A DNA stretch of 63,764 nt, counting the filler, from Nemertoderma westbladi (Eukaryota > Animalia > Xenacoelomorpha): assembly GCA_032718475.1 (NCBI GenBank). It is 4 parts of 4 records of this genome, joined end to end, with 100 filler letters (N's around TTAATTAATTAA, not from the genome) between each part and the next. Parts side by side here need not be neighbours in the genome. Positions count along the whole stretch, not along the records: positions 1 to 20,456 come from JAUCBJ010003669.1; positions 20,557 to 45,428 come from JAUCBJ010000954.1; 2 more parts are not named here. One strand, 5' to 3'. The position numbers and the translations under genes were made by a program. Below are positions 10,986-23,606 of this stretch, piece by piece. The notes under the pieces are model-generated. The model was not told where the DNA came from and did no database searches. It was given only the letters and a program-made list of their open reading frames with translations. Every line of letters starts with the position of its first letter. Position 1 is the first letter of the stretch.

Positions 10986-11662
10986 TGGTAACTGCAGGGC
11001 GGGCGGCACTTCCTGGCTGTGGGGCCGAACGTCTGGTGATAATAGCACCAGTCCGGGTTCGAGTTCGGGGCCCGTGGGGCGGGAGTCGATGCCGACGAGG
11101 AGTTCTTGCCAGTTCGCTGCGGCGGGACCGGCGTCGGTTTCCTGACGGCGTGGGCCGCGAGTGAGGTCTGCCGGGAGGCCTCCCACAGCGCGTCGGCCCA
11201 GTCCGCAACCCTGTCGAGGTCGCGGAAGTCCTCCTCCGCGAGTTGGAGGCAGATTGCGGCGGGCATCTGCCGGAGGAAGGCCTCCTCGAAGAGGAGTCCC
11301 GCGTTGTCATCGCCGAGGAGCGCCTGCATTTCTCCGAGGAGTTGCGAGGGGTGCCGGTCACCGAGGCCGTCGAGGTGCCAGAGTCGGGCTGCGCGCTCGC
11401 GTCGGGAGAGCCCGAAGGCTTTGAGAAGTTGGCCCTTGAGTTTGAGGTACTTCTCAGTAGCGGGAGGGTTCCGGATGAGTTTTAGGAGGCGAGCGGCTGT
11501 CTCCTGGTCGAGGGCCCCCACCACGTAATAATATTTTGTAGCGTCCTCGGTGATGCTACGAATGTAGAACTGCGCCTCCGCCTGGGCGAACCACACCTCG
11601 GGTTGGGTGGTCCAGAACGGAGGCAGTTTAATAGAAACGGCGTTGGCGGTCACTTCGGCCAT
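10958..11662 (-). CDS. Gypsy Gag with CHCC motif
   Basis: KLPPFW...WFAQAEAQF and WCYYHQTFGPTARKCRPPC (Cx2Hx9Cx3C, characteristic of the CsRn1 clade). Frame intact; start approximate. Confidence 0.88.
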   Translation of the reverse strand: MAEVTANAVSIKLPPFWTTQPEVWFAQAEAQFYIRSITEDATKYYYVVGALDQETAARLLKLIRNPPATEKYLKLKGQLLKAFGLSRRERAARLWHLDGLGDRHPSQLLGEMQALLGDDNAGLLFEEAFLRQMPAAICLQLAEEDFRDLDRVADWADALWEASRQTSLAAHAVRKPTPVPPQRTGKNSSSASTPAPRAPNSNPDWCYYHQTFGPTARKCRPPCSYQGNAPAGRL

Positions 11663-11768
11663 TGTCGTCAACACAGTTTCGGTGGCAGTTCCAGTTTGCT
11701 TGCAGGATCGTGTCTGCGTGTTGCGAGTCACGGTCTCAAGAGTTTGTCCTGAGATGCTGGGTCACCAT

Positions 11769-11968
11769 TGTGGAGATGGCGTCTAGCCACGAAATAAAAA
11801 CGTATGAAAAACTCGGATTCAAGTTCGAGCGATCGCTGATGGCATACTGCAGTCCTGTTGTACCATTATGTAGGTGGGCCTAGAGTAAATCTCTAGGGTT
11901 GCTAGGCAACCGTAATAACAAAGTTTCGGGACTGTATATTACATGTGTTATGTATGCGGGTTGCCACA
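11769..11968 (-). repeat. 5' LTR
   Basis: Matches 7797-7996; PBS immediately internal (about 11755-11767). Confidence 0.95.
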
Positions 11969-12439
11969 ACCTTTTATTATGCATGAACAGAACTGGAGGC
12001 AGGGAGGGTACCGCGTCATTTGGTCCTTTGGGCGTTAGGTACTGCGTCGATAGATAACGTGCTGGATAATGATCAGCAAGGTAATGCATGATAAGGTCTT
12101 TGACTTTAATAAGAATTCATAAGTATATTAGTAAGTATATGTCAATTATCCCAACTAAACGGAACTCAGCATGATTTTGATGTTTTTTTTCGAAAATTTA
12201 CATTAATTGTATATTTTGTCAACAATTCGTTGAAATTGAAATCCGGCCAAAAAATTTAAATCCAGCCGGAGCCGGAACCGGATTTTTTTCTCAAAATCCG
12301 GCCGTAATTCCGGCCCAGCCGGAAATCCGGCACACCCCTACTCGGAAGGTTCGAATGGGACGAAGGTCAGAAAATGGTAGACAGGGGAGCCGCTATAGGG
12401 ATGCAGACACTTGCCCAATAAAAAAATATTGTAGGTCAC

Positions 12440-13015
12440 TTGCACAAGCAACTTGCACTTGCACAGGAACAACAGTACCAACGTCCTGAAGACCATCCCA
12501 AATTTAAACCACCACAATGGCAAGAATGCCCAGTTATAAATATTCAGGCAGACTCAGAGTTTGAGACTGACTATAGACCACCAGTCAGTGAGAAGGTAAC
12601 CTATCACGGGACGAATTCGCGTACTCGTCCACAGGTAAGATATCCTACTCATCAGTTGGAACCGATTCCAACTTATGTCCATCAATGGGTAGGAAGGGAA
12701 GACAATACTATGGTCAACTCAATCACAGTGGAGTTTTCTAAGTTCAGTCCGAGACACAGTCTTCCACCATTACATCCTCCGCACTTCTCTGGTTTATCTA
12801 AACATTGGAGAACCTTCATCAACTATATCAAGACTAATGTCGCTCAACAGGATTTCTCACCGACTGAGAAATTCAAATACTTATACCAACAGTTGAGAGG
12901 TCAACTGAAGGAATTGTTAAGTACTTTTATAGGTGATGACAATGCCTCTGAGGGGGCTTATGACAGGTTAGTTACTGTGTATCGCGGCAATGTAAAGATG
13001 GCCACGTGTCAGTAA
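12440..13015 (+). pseudogene. BEL/Pao-like gag fragment (DUF1759-like)
   Basis: LPPLHPPHFSG...WRTF...EKFKYLYQQLRG...AYDRL...Y pattern; no pol follows. Confidence 0.6.
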
Positions 13016-13070
13016 TAGTTGAATTAACTCAGGGGGGACCAGCACATTCCCATATAGAATTAGTTAAGTT

Positions 13071-13430
13071 TTCAAACTCAATGTGACACATCTGATCTTG
13101 TCAATTTTACAATGCCAAAAACGTTATTGGAAAGCCCATGATAAATGCATTACATAACATGCGTTTCAGATCATTGCAATCATCTATCGCTAGATTTATC
13201 GGTAAATTAAAACTGCTATATTTTGTTAAATTTCTTAGATTTTTAAAAAAAATTCAATTTTTCAAACTCAATGTGACACATCTGATCTTGTCAATTTCAC
13301 AATGCCAAAAACGTTATTGGAAAGCCCATGATAAATGCATTACATAACATGAGTTTCAGATCATTGCAATCATCTCTCGCTAGATTTATCAGTGAAATAA
13401 AACTGCTATATTTTGTTAAATTTCTCAGAT
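13071..13430. repeat. Tandem duplication, 190-bp period
   Basis: TTCAAACTCAATGTGACACATCTG... at 13071 and 13261. Confidence 0.9.
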
Positions 13431-13624
13431 TTTGTGACTCGTGTGACACCTCTTCCACTAAATATTTTTCAAAACGGTTTTTTGCATTGTACTTCTACAT
13501 TAAAATGGCCAAACATGTCGAAGTTTCCAAGCAATTGGGGCAAAAAAGTGATTTTTGTAACACCCTATTGCACATACTGTACTGTATTTCATTTTTTACC
13601 GAAGGTACAGTAGGTCACTTTACC

Positions 13625-13908
13625 GCCCATGTGAAGAATACCAGGATTTCACTTTTCGGTCGACTTTTTATTGGAATTTTATATATGAAGATTTTTTATT
13701 TTTTTTTTAATTTATCTTTATTAAGTGTTTTATAGCGCTTATTTCTGTCTTATACTGTAACCTGTACATATACTAATTCGTTTATTGTTTTGGTTACATT
13801 CAGCCATTCTGTAACCTGTGGTTTTGGTGAAAACCTGGTATTCTTCACATGGGGGTAACTGCAAAGTGAAATATAACGGCAGAAAGTCTGGTATTCTTCA
13901 CATGGGCC
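13625..13908. mobile_element. MITE with a Mutator-like TSD
   Basis: TIR GCCCATGTGAAGAATACCAG / CTGGTATTCTTCACATGGGC; flanking 9-bp direct repeat CACTTTACC. Confidence 0.75.
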
Positions 13909-16599
13909 CACTTTACCAATAGGTCACATGTCCAATACTGTACTCGACTTACAGAATAATAAGTTACTTGCCCAATATGAGTTTTTTGAGACAATAATTT
14001 CCATTCACTACGTATTCTGCCTGTTGCTAGGCCTACTACATCATTCATATATAATCTGATATTGGCGCACATTGAGCGCAAGTGAAAATAGTGATCCTCA
14101 GAGCAAATTGACCACAAGATAAATAATTTATAGTTAATTGTTTTAGTTATAAAACATCGCCCCTGTAACCTGCTCCTTTCCATTAATGTTCTTAATTAAA
14201 TAAAGCTAAATCTCAAAATATTGGGTAAGTGTCGTATTCGAAAATTGGCCTTATGGGCAAGTGTCCTATTGAGAAAATGACCATACCAGATCTAGTTATT
14301 GGGGAAGTGACTCAGGGAAAGTGTCTTAAGGTAAATATCACTGGGCAAAAGTCTCATTGGGGAAGTGTCCCTATTGGGCATCTGACAGTAAAACCCCGCT
14401 ATATATATGTGCTATATCACATACCGGTACCCAGTGTCATAATGCTAGAATAAATTGAGTTTGAATCTGATGCTTCTAATAATACCGTAACAATAAATTG
14501 ATAGTTATGTACAAATATGTGAAGTAGGCAATATATAGGCCTAAATTGTAGATCGCACCAAATCTGAAATCGAATTTATCTTCTACACAGCACCAACCAA
14601 CAAGAAGCAACTCAGTAGCAACAATATAAATTGTAATCAATTTTAAAGATTTTAAATGCCAGTAAAAAATACACTTATACTGATTTAGTAGATATATATA
14701 GGCCTATAATTTTCGAATGAATGTGAGGAAATTGTAAAAAAAATCACGCAATTCCATAATTAATAGTTTCACTACTGTAACATTTAATAAATTATATATG
14801 GCCTACTGTACATTCAAATAAACTCATTAGTTAAATATTTCACAAAAAAATAATTGCAGTATTCTTAGCACAGATGGTACGGTTTACGCCGATGGATATA
14901 CAGTACATACAATATGTAGTTGTACAGTATGAAACACCAGCAAAACCAGGGGAAAATACCCGAAAACCACATCGCGAAGTTTTTTTTCATGTGTACCGGT
15001 ATACCAATGAGTCACTAAGTGGCATACTGACTAAACGGAGAGAAACATCATCACTGATCTCTCGAATAGTGTGGATACCATTGAAGTAAAGACCCATCAG
15101 GGCGAAGTAACAATGTCAATTATCATTTATGGGAACTGTTTCCAGTAAAAAGCTATTCCAATCAAAAACAATAAATGAGAGTCATTAGCACAGGTTTTGG
15201 TATCAAATTTAACTTGTTCATCTGTTTTTACCCTTGATCAATGTTTAATTTTCATTGTGTGAGCCCCCCCCCCCCCCCCCCCCCCCAGCAACCTCTTGCG
15301 AATGTTGCGTATTAGACCATTTCTGTAAATAGACTAGGCCTACTCTGCAGGCATTGTTTATATGGTATACATTTGGTTTTAAAACCCCAAAAAGAGGTGT
15401 GTTTATTTTACGGAGTGTAATAATTACAAAGTTATTAATTTATCCTCCTATTTTAGGGGTTGATATAAGTGGACATATTTATGTGATTTTATTCTCTATA
15501 AGGGGGTAACAAGGTGGCTGTTAATCAAGTGAGTGCAGAGGGTTGGGTGGATTCTTCGCCCGCGTCCGACCTTCGTCCAATTGGGGGAAACGAGCAGGTT
15601 ACAGAGACCTGAGACGGCAGGTTACAGAGACGGCGGGTTACAGTTACAGAGACGGCTTTTTCTAACCAAAACAATAAATGAGGTTCTTAACACGCAGTTT
15701 GAGGGCGAAGATTGATCCGGGCGTAGATTGTCGCGGGCGAAGTTTGCTGCGTACCGCGGCGGGGTGTGTTTTTTTGTAAAAACATGAGAAACGGTCGAAA
15801 TTGCGGGTTTAAGTGGCTCAGTAAGCCAATTTTGAAAATCGGCTGTGATTGGCTACTGCAGATTTGACGTTACTAGAAAGTGCTGTGATAATTTGTTATC
15901 TTGGTTTCTATGGATGGTGATTTTCTATCCATTTATATCATCCTCATAAAATAGAAATTAACCAATTTGTGAATTATTACATATAAATAAAAAAATACAT
16001 ATGAATGGTAATACGAATTCATACGAATTCACGTAAATAAAAAACCGTGTGCTTTGGAGGTGAAATATATTTTTGCCCGTGATTTATTTTAGCGGGAATT
16101 TAAAACCAAATGTATACCATATTATGGTTTATGGCTCGTTTATTGCTCGTCTCCGTTTTGTTTACCACATTCTAGAAGTATTTTAAATCGTGTAATTTAA
16201 ATGAATGATAAACAAAATCTAATGTGAGAATATAAAATACTAAAATTAACAATCGAATAATGTTTACTAAGTCTAAATCTTAATCTATCTAAGTCTTTAA
16301 GTACACAGTAGAACATTACTTTGATAGCATCAGACACAATTTCCAATCATATAAATTCGATGCCATTGACTGTAATTATTACTAGTAATTACTATGGAAA
16401 AAAAGGTTTCACTATTCTTGGGTATTATTTTAAAGATTAATTTGTAGGTAATAAAAAGTGGAGAGAATAGTAAAAATAAAGTATGTTTTTTCCCATGTAA
16501 TACGTAATTTTATTATTCAATTGGTTGTTCTATTTGCACTCTAGAGAAGCAATTCACCTCGGACTTGATGCTCTTTCAAATAGGGCCAATTATAACGGT

Positions 16600-17200
16600 C
16601 TCTCGGTTAATCTAAAAAGATGGCAGTCCTGCAATTCCGACGTGGAGGAAGGCTTGCCCAAGCGGATAAAGTCGAATCGTATACTTATTTTGGGATTACT
16701 CTCCAACCCACACTTTCGTGTATAGCATCAGTGTTGTAAAGCGATGCACTCCATAAAGAATCCAAGATCACTCTCGTTAGCAACAGCAATCAAAATGTTC
16801 AAAATAAAGATTTTTCTCATCATAACCTACAATATCTCCACATCTACCACCTAACAACCGCAAATCTACAGAGTATTGATCGTGTTAAAGCAATATTTAT
16901 CAAGAAAGCCTTAGGAGTCCATGAAGTCTCCCCTAACTGCATACTTTATGCAACAAGTAAAGAAAGTTACTTAGTAGAAGAAATAGTGAACAAGTTCCAT
17001 CTCACCGAAACAACAGCACTCAACCTTTGAATGACCTGAGACAGGGATTCCACCACAAGATTTGTCAGACCGTCGGATTCCACCGCTTCGATGACTCGTG
17101 CCGATGTAAACTTTGTGGAAACGTGACATCACAATAGGCCTACCACCTCCTACAGTGCCCTAATAACTGTCAGCCTCTCCGCGTATGGGATCTCTCCGTC
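16600..17200 (+). pseudogene. Highly decayed LINE 3' fragment
   Basis: Remnant frames: FRRGGRL...YTYFGITLQ and IDRVKAIFIKKALGV. Confidence 0.45.
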
Positions 17201-17639
17201 AAGAAATAAATCGGCGCTCACCTCCCTAATACAATATATACAGGGATCCTGTATATTATTATAGATCGCCCGCATACTTTTTATATATATATTGAATATT
17301 TACATGTTAATTTTAATTAGATTTTAATTTATTTTTACTAGTCGCCCTCCAACCTGTACTGGAATATATGCCTAAATTATTTGCGTAATTGTTAATTACT
17401 GAATGGGACGATGGATGAATAAACAGCAACAAAACATCGGGATGCAACCAAAAAATCGAGCAATACAGAGCACAGACCAGCACAGAGCCATTATTGGCGT
17501 GATTAATTTAAATATTTAAATTGATATTTTTTTTGTTCTCAATTCTTTAATAAAAGATAGAGCGATATACATATGCTGACCTATTTACATACATTTAGAT
17601 AAGATTTACATACAATAGAGATATGTATAATGTTACAAA

Positions 17640-18090
17640 ATAAATTTAACTGTAGTATTTTACTATATTGCTTCCATAGTTACGGCGATGCTAATTATTG
17701 TACTCTTCAACTCCTGATGCTGCCTTACTCAATGTTAAATAATTGAGTGTTCTCGAATATTTATTACGTAACTAGAAAAGCAACTCAACTCACAGAAGTT
17801 TAAGCTTTATTAGAGCGCCTTGAAGTCACTAGAGATGTAAATAACTAAATAACTTTCTCAGAGTGTGCATGGATTTTGCTAAAAGTACGTTCAACTACTG
17901 TACGTACAAAACATAACTCAATATCCAATATTGGTTTATGTAGTTAAGCGACGCTCTAGTTACGTAATAAATATTCGAGAACACTAAATTATTTAACATT
18001 GAGTAAGGGAGTATCGGGAGTTGAAGAGTACAATAATTGGAATCTCAGTAACTATGGAAGCAAAATAGTTAAATACTACAGTTCAATTGA
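17640..18090. repeat. Foldback (inverted repeat) element with arms of about 135 bp; related copy at about 21590-21980
   Basis: 17640-17775 is the imperfect reverse complement of 17955-18090. Confidence 0.75.
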
Positions 18091-20456
18091 TTTTGTAATC
18101 TATTTCGTTATATCATTGTTATTCAATTCAAAAATTTTGCAAAACAAACTAAGCTTACCAATTTAAGAAAATAATTACGTATTATCGGAAAACGTAGAAC
18201 TTTTTTTAAATCATTCTCTCGAGACCCTTTATTAACCTCGCTGGAGCTCGGTAAATAGCCTACAATGCCTCGATAATAGTGAAAAAAGGTTATGCTTTTG
18301 TTCCAATGTAATAAATATATTATTAATAGTGAATAAAAATCACAGACCCATCCAATGAAATCGCAATAAATTGTATCCATGTTTGGAATCGGGCATTGGG
18401 GGAAATTGAAAATCAAGAACCCCAGCATTTGAGTGGGAATTGCTAACAGTAAGTTACGACTGGTGCAACATATACAAAATCATAAAAAAATCATTTCGAC
18501 CCACACTGTAAAAAAAAAATAATTACATAGGACCGCTAAATTATTTGAGTCTCCATTACATCTGCGATATCATTAGATTTATATATAATTAGGGGATGGG
18601 ATGGGAGGTGTAGGTCCACTAGAATAACCTACCACATTACAAAATTAATCGTATAATAACTTGGTTTCTTACATTATTCCACCTTAGAAGCAATTTGAAT
18701 GAAAATATCGCTGCAATATTATGAAAAACTTAATTTGTAATGTATTATTCACCAGTAATGTAAGATTGTTTAGCGAAAAGTCGTGGTGTATTGTTAGTGT
18801 TCAGAACGCAGGAGTAAGTTTACATAAATGTAACACAAAATTTATTGTGTACAGTAAAAAGGGCATTATTCTACTTTAAAGTACCTTGTCTATTTATGTA
18901 AACCTCCCTCGCTGCGCTCGTTCGGTACATAAACACAGATACTAACACCCAAAAGCGCTGCTTTCCACACAATAATATAAATAGTTCGTATAATGATAAA
19001 TATTTATAGACGGCCTAATTAGTATAACTATGACTCTATTACACACACCTGTGTACATTATTTAATGAATTTTATATAATAATTTACATTTGAAGTCATG
19101 GTTAATATAATTATTTGGCGATTAACAATTACGAATTAGTCATAATGTATTTTAATTTTATTTACCGGAAGACATGGGTTTGAGATCGCATTTGTATTAA
19201 ATATTTTATAACTTCTAGTGTTGTAATATATTTAATCACGTGGACTGTTGAAAATCTTAAAATTTACAAAAACTTAACAAAAAAAAACTTTGTAATTTTA
19301 CATGAGAGTTAGGCCTACTTAGACTACGGAAATTGAAATGGCAACGTTCAACATTGCACACATTGTGAGCATGATATTTGCTTAGAATATCAACTATATC
19401 ATTTACATTGGTGGGATTACCAGTGGTGTAAGGACATATGTGGCGTGACAAAGAAACGTATAGTATCAAAAAAATGCGTTCTGAGAAAAACGCATTTAAA
19501 GTTTTATGATATGTTTATTTTTCTTCTTGCAAGACCCTATGGGCTAGAACGACAATATCTGACTCAAAATGTTACGATGAATCAGAAAATTTTGATTTAA
19601 ACCACGTAGACGCAATCCTTTGTTCGCAAATATCTGATGATAGTTAGACTGGCAAAATGACGGACAGTCAGACTGGCGGACAGACAGTCTAGATTTCGCG
19701 AAATGTGAAAACTGACATCAGAAATGAAATCATGAACCCGGAAAACCTCTTCAGCGAGAATATTAGTTAGTTATTATGTTTTCTTAATGTTTGAAGGACA
19801 GTCTGCCAAAGAAAAATAAACTTCTATAGAGCGAGAATTTTAGTTAGCCTGTATTCTTTTGTAATGTTTGACAGACAAACAGACTGACAGACAGAAATAT
19901 GAATGGATGTCTGGTGTGGGCTCTAAACTCGTTTTGACAGAACACAGACAGCCAATTTTGGCGCGAAGGTTTAAACTTTGAAGGGGATTTTCTCCGAATG
20001 ACATTTTTCATTTTCAATTACTACACCTCCGTCATTTTTTAAACAACTTTCTTCGTGGTTGGCTCATTCGAACGAGCTTTGGAACGCTCTTTAAATGTTA
20101 TCTTATGGAATTTTGATAAATATTAGCATTTTTTGCAATTAGTCAATCTTAATTAAAAATATGATAATTAATTAATTAAATAAAAATAAAAATAGCGAAT
20201 TAAAAATTCGATAATTATAACTTTTGTAAAGTCTATGACGCTGAGTCCAAAAAAAGATAGTTTCAAGAAATTTAGACTAAGATTGAGGTACTAGTAACAA
20301 TTTAAGTGAAATCTTTAGTTCCGCCGCCAGCCGCTAGGGGGAGGCTATAAATTTAAAATTTTCTATAGAGGTATTTGGCCTTCCATACAGTGGATGGGCC
20401 CGTGACAAAATAGCAATATTATCACTTAACACTAATTGACAGTTATTTAAAAAAAG

Positions 20457-20556
20457 NNNNNNNNNNNNNNNNNNNNNNNNNNNNNNNNNNNNNNNNNNNN
20501 TTAATTAATTAANNNNNNNNNNNNNNNNNNNNNNNNNNNNNNNNNNNNNNNNNNNN
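20457..20556. other. Artificial contig spacer / assembly gap
   Basis: N44-TTAATTAATTAA-N44, exactly 100 nt, with stops in all six frames. Confidence 0.97.
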
Positions 20557-22357
20557 GTATAACTTTTTTTAACTAGAACGCCATCAAGATGGCTTTAAAC
20601 GAACCTGTCTTACACAGACTCCAAGAAACAGATGGGATTGGAAGATGCAAACCAAGAATGACTTGCATCAACCAAAAAACTGCCTCCCATCTAATGTAAT
20701 ACACATTCGCCTAGGCAAACAAATCATAATCACAATTACTACGATGATGTGTGAAATGGTATCCATACCCGCAACCTGGGAAACAGCCCAAAAGAGCAGT
20801 TTATTCTGCGGAGGGGTCTTTTCTGTATTAGATAAATAAAATAAAGAACACTATAATTACAGTATTTATACCTGATACATTCTCAGTTAGCCTAATAAAA
20901 ACATCGGAGCAACCAATATAATGTACATGTACAAGCATCCTATGAAAGTTTGTGAAATGTTCCCTTAAGTCTACCCAACAGCCGTTGGTACCCGGCTGGC
21001 AGCCACCCTGGTTCAGTTTTATGGTTTTGTTAGTTTAATCGACAGCTGTTGTAAACGTCCTGATATACAAAACCTACTAAGCCTTTGCATTACAATTGAG
21101 CTTAGCCTAAGTTGATGACAGTATTATAACGATGACAATTAGGCCCTATAGATACATACGATATATAAATGATGTACTGCTTGACATTACACTAACTGGC
21201 TGAATAGAGATAGAACTATAATAATACGTTTGGCATTCTGTCAGATTTCAGTAGTAAGTAACCTCATAATAATTGCTAAATATCAATCACCTGAAAAACA
21301 TTTCAAGCAAGGGAGTTGTGGGTATTTAATTTCGCGTTCAATAATGTTGAAAATATGCAAATATTTCGAATATCGCACTTCGAATCGTTCCCAACTTTTT
21401 TATTCAACAACTAGACAACAATTGATAAATACTTGCGTTTACAATTTTACAATGCATGCAAGTGGTTTCAAGCCATTTGGTGAACATACATAGTGAGTGA
21501 TATAGTGACATATATAGGTAAATATATCCATCGTGTTTTTGCCGGCCTCAGCTTTAGACAAAAACTACCCAGTCTAAAGACAGGTTCGTTATTATTCTCG
21601 AGGCATTTTATTTACCGAGCGTTAGCGAGGTTAATAAAGCAAAGGGTCGAGAGAATATGGAAAAAATTTTCCCATGTAATACGTAATTTTATTCTTAAAT
21701 TGCTACGTTTTTGTTGCTAAATTCTTTAATAAAACATAACGATATACTACAGTACAGTAGTGTTACAAAATAAATTAAATTGAACTGCAGTATTTTACTA
21801 TATTGTTTCCATAGTTACTGCAATTCAAATTATTGTACTCTTCAACTCTGGATGTTGCCTTACTCAATGTTAAAATAATTTAACTAAACCAATATTGGAT
21901 ATTGAGTTCCGTTTTGGGGTACGCGTTTCAGACACTAAAGTAGCAATAACTTTTAAGTGTGAGAATGGATTTTGCTCAAATTACTTGGAAACCTTTTCTA
22001 CGTCGATGCTTTTTCAATATATGTAATAAAATATACGAAATTCCACCAAAAATTACTTTACTTTTTCGCCGGGAAAAAAGTAAAATCAATGCTATCCTAT
22101 GGGTTACTTTTTTCCCTAGGGAAAAAAGTGAAACTTTTTCTCCCGATTTTGGGGTATATTCGAGCGAAAAGTAACAATTTAAGAATAAAAGCTTTTACGG
22201 CCCTCGTTCTATTATCAAAATCAACAAAACCACTCGTACCTTAACGCTATAAAGTGCTATTTTAAGAACAATGACGTATATAAATAGTATTACAACTATT
22301 GGAAATACGACAAAAAATATAATTAGAATAAAAATAAAAATGTATTCTACCCTCAAC

Positions 22358-23606
22358 CAGGGTTGTTTGATTTAAATCATTTTGATTTAAATCAGTGATT
22401 TAAATAATGATTTAAATCACATATAAAAATAAAAAAAATCAGATTTTTTTGATTTTTTTTTAATATCATGAATTTTATCAACCACGTTTTAAAGGCCAGG
22501 ATAAACATTGCATTACTGATTATTAATAAATGATTCAAATTACCTAAATATTTACATGAAAATACAGTATCATGTCGCATTTTCAATACCATACAGTATA
22601 CACAGGCACATTAATTAAGTTGTAGTTTAAGAGTCCTATTCAGTTTGTTGTTTATTTTGTTTATATTCGAATTCAGACTTTTCGGGATTTCCGGGATCGG
22701 GACCGGGATTATCACTCTCGAGATCCCGTGTAATTTTGGATTAAATTCATTAAAGTTCATAGTATATGTGGCGGGTTTTCGGTAACACTCACTTTATTTT
22801 ACACTTCTGAAATATTAGTAAGATAAAGTTATATTAAAATATCTTATAATTGATTACTGGATGGTTTACTGAAATAAAAATTAGATATAATCAAAACATT
22901 TCCGTTCTGCTGGAACTTTTTTTTAGATGTTCAACAAATTTATTTAACACTTTAAACTTCGGGATCCCGTTCCAAAAAAGTCGGAATCGGGATTGGATAT
23001 TTCGCTGGGATCCCGGTTTTTCGGTATAAGGATCGGGATCCCGTTTAAACAAGAGGGCATTGATGATGCCAGAAGTCCTCACAATGTTTTCATATAAAAT
23101 CTGAATTAAATAAAAAAATCTGATTTAAATAAAAAAATCAGATTAAAATAAAAAAATGTGATTTAAATGGGTGACTACAAAACAAACACCAAAGACCCCA
23201 ATAATAAAGACCTGCATAATCTTGTAACATGTGTTAACTTTCGTTTATTGTTTTGGTCCCCCAACAAGCCTCTGTAACATGCGCTCCTTTACTAACCTGT
23301 TCCTTTAAATGGCAATTTAACCTAACGCTCTTTGGGAACTCTACAAAACAAAGAGGTAAAGTCGCGTTACGTCCCAAAGAGCGTTAGGTCCCATTGCCAT
23401 TTAGCAGGTTAGTAAAGGAGCAGGTCAGCAGGTTACAGAATCGTGTTGGGGGAACCAAAACAATAAACGAAAGTTAACACATGTGTTTTGTACAGGTCTT
23501 TGCTTTGTAGTCACCCGATTTAAATCATAAAAATCTGATTTAAATAAAAAAAATCTGATTTTTTTGGTTTTTTTTTTTCAACAAATCATGATTTTTATCA
23601 ACCCTG
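22358..23606. mobile_element. hAT-type MITE with GATTTAAAT subterminal repeats and nested insertions
   Basis: TIR CAGGGTTG / CAACCCTG; perfect 8-bp TSD CCCTCAAC. Confidence 0.85.
23169..23516. mobile_element. Foldback MITE (Mutator-like) nested in the hAT MITE
   Basis: TIR GGGTGACTACAAA / TTTGTAGTCACCC; body nearly palindromic; 9-bp flanking repeat GATTTAAAT. Confidence 0.8.

Larger units (their letters stand above)
7797..11968 (-). mobile_element. Gypsy LTR retrotransposon, CsRn1-like, with both LTRs but defective
   Basis: 200-bp TG...CA LTRs and a 4-bp TSD ACCT. PBS TGGTGACCC lies next to the 5' LTR and a poly-G PPT next to the 3' LTR. Domain order is gag-PR-RT-RH-IN. Confidence 0.95.
7662..12340. 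mobile_element. hAT-type non-autonomous element with CCGG-rich subterminal repeats, hosting the Gypsy insertion
   Basis: Imperfect TIRs TAGGGTGCCGGAT / ATCCGGCACACCCCTA. 8-bp TSD GTCGGAAG (7654-7661) / CTCGGAAG (12341-12348). Confidence 0.7.

Noticed and set aside
8109-11528. Many overlapping ORFs on both strands of the Gypsy interior
   Set aside because: Shadow ORFs caused by high GC; only the gag and pol frames carry recognisable motifs.
13138-13735. Paralogous small ORFs starting MINALHNM
   Set aside because: They arise from a 190-bp tandem duplication of non-coding AT-rich repeat sequence.
15264-15287. Poly-C tracts (also about 26553 and 57570) as functional G-quadruplex sites
   Set aside because: Homopolymers with no supporting context and unreliable length; only the tract at about 8000 has a clear role, as the Gypsy PPT.
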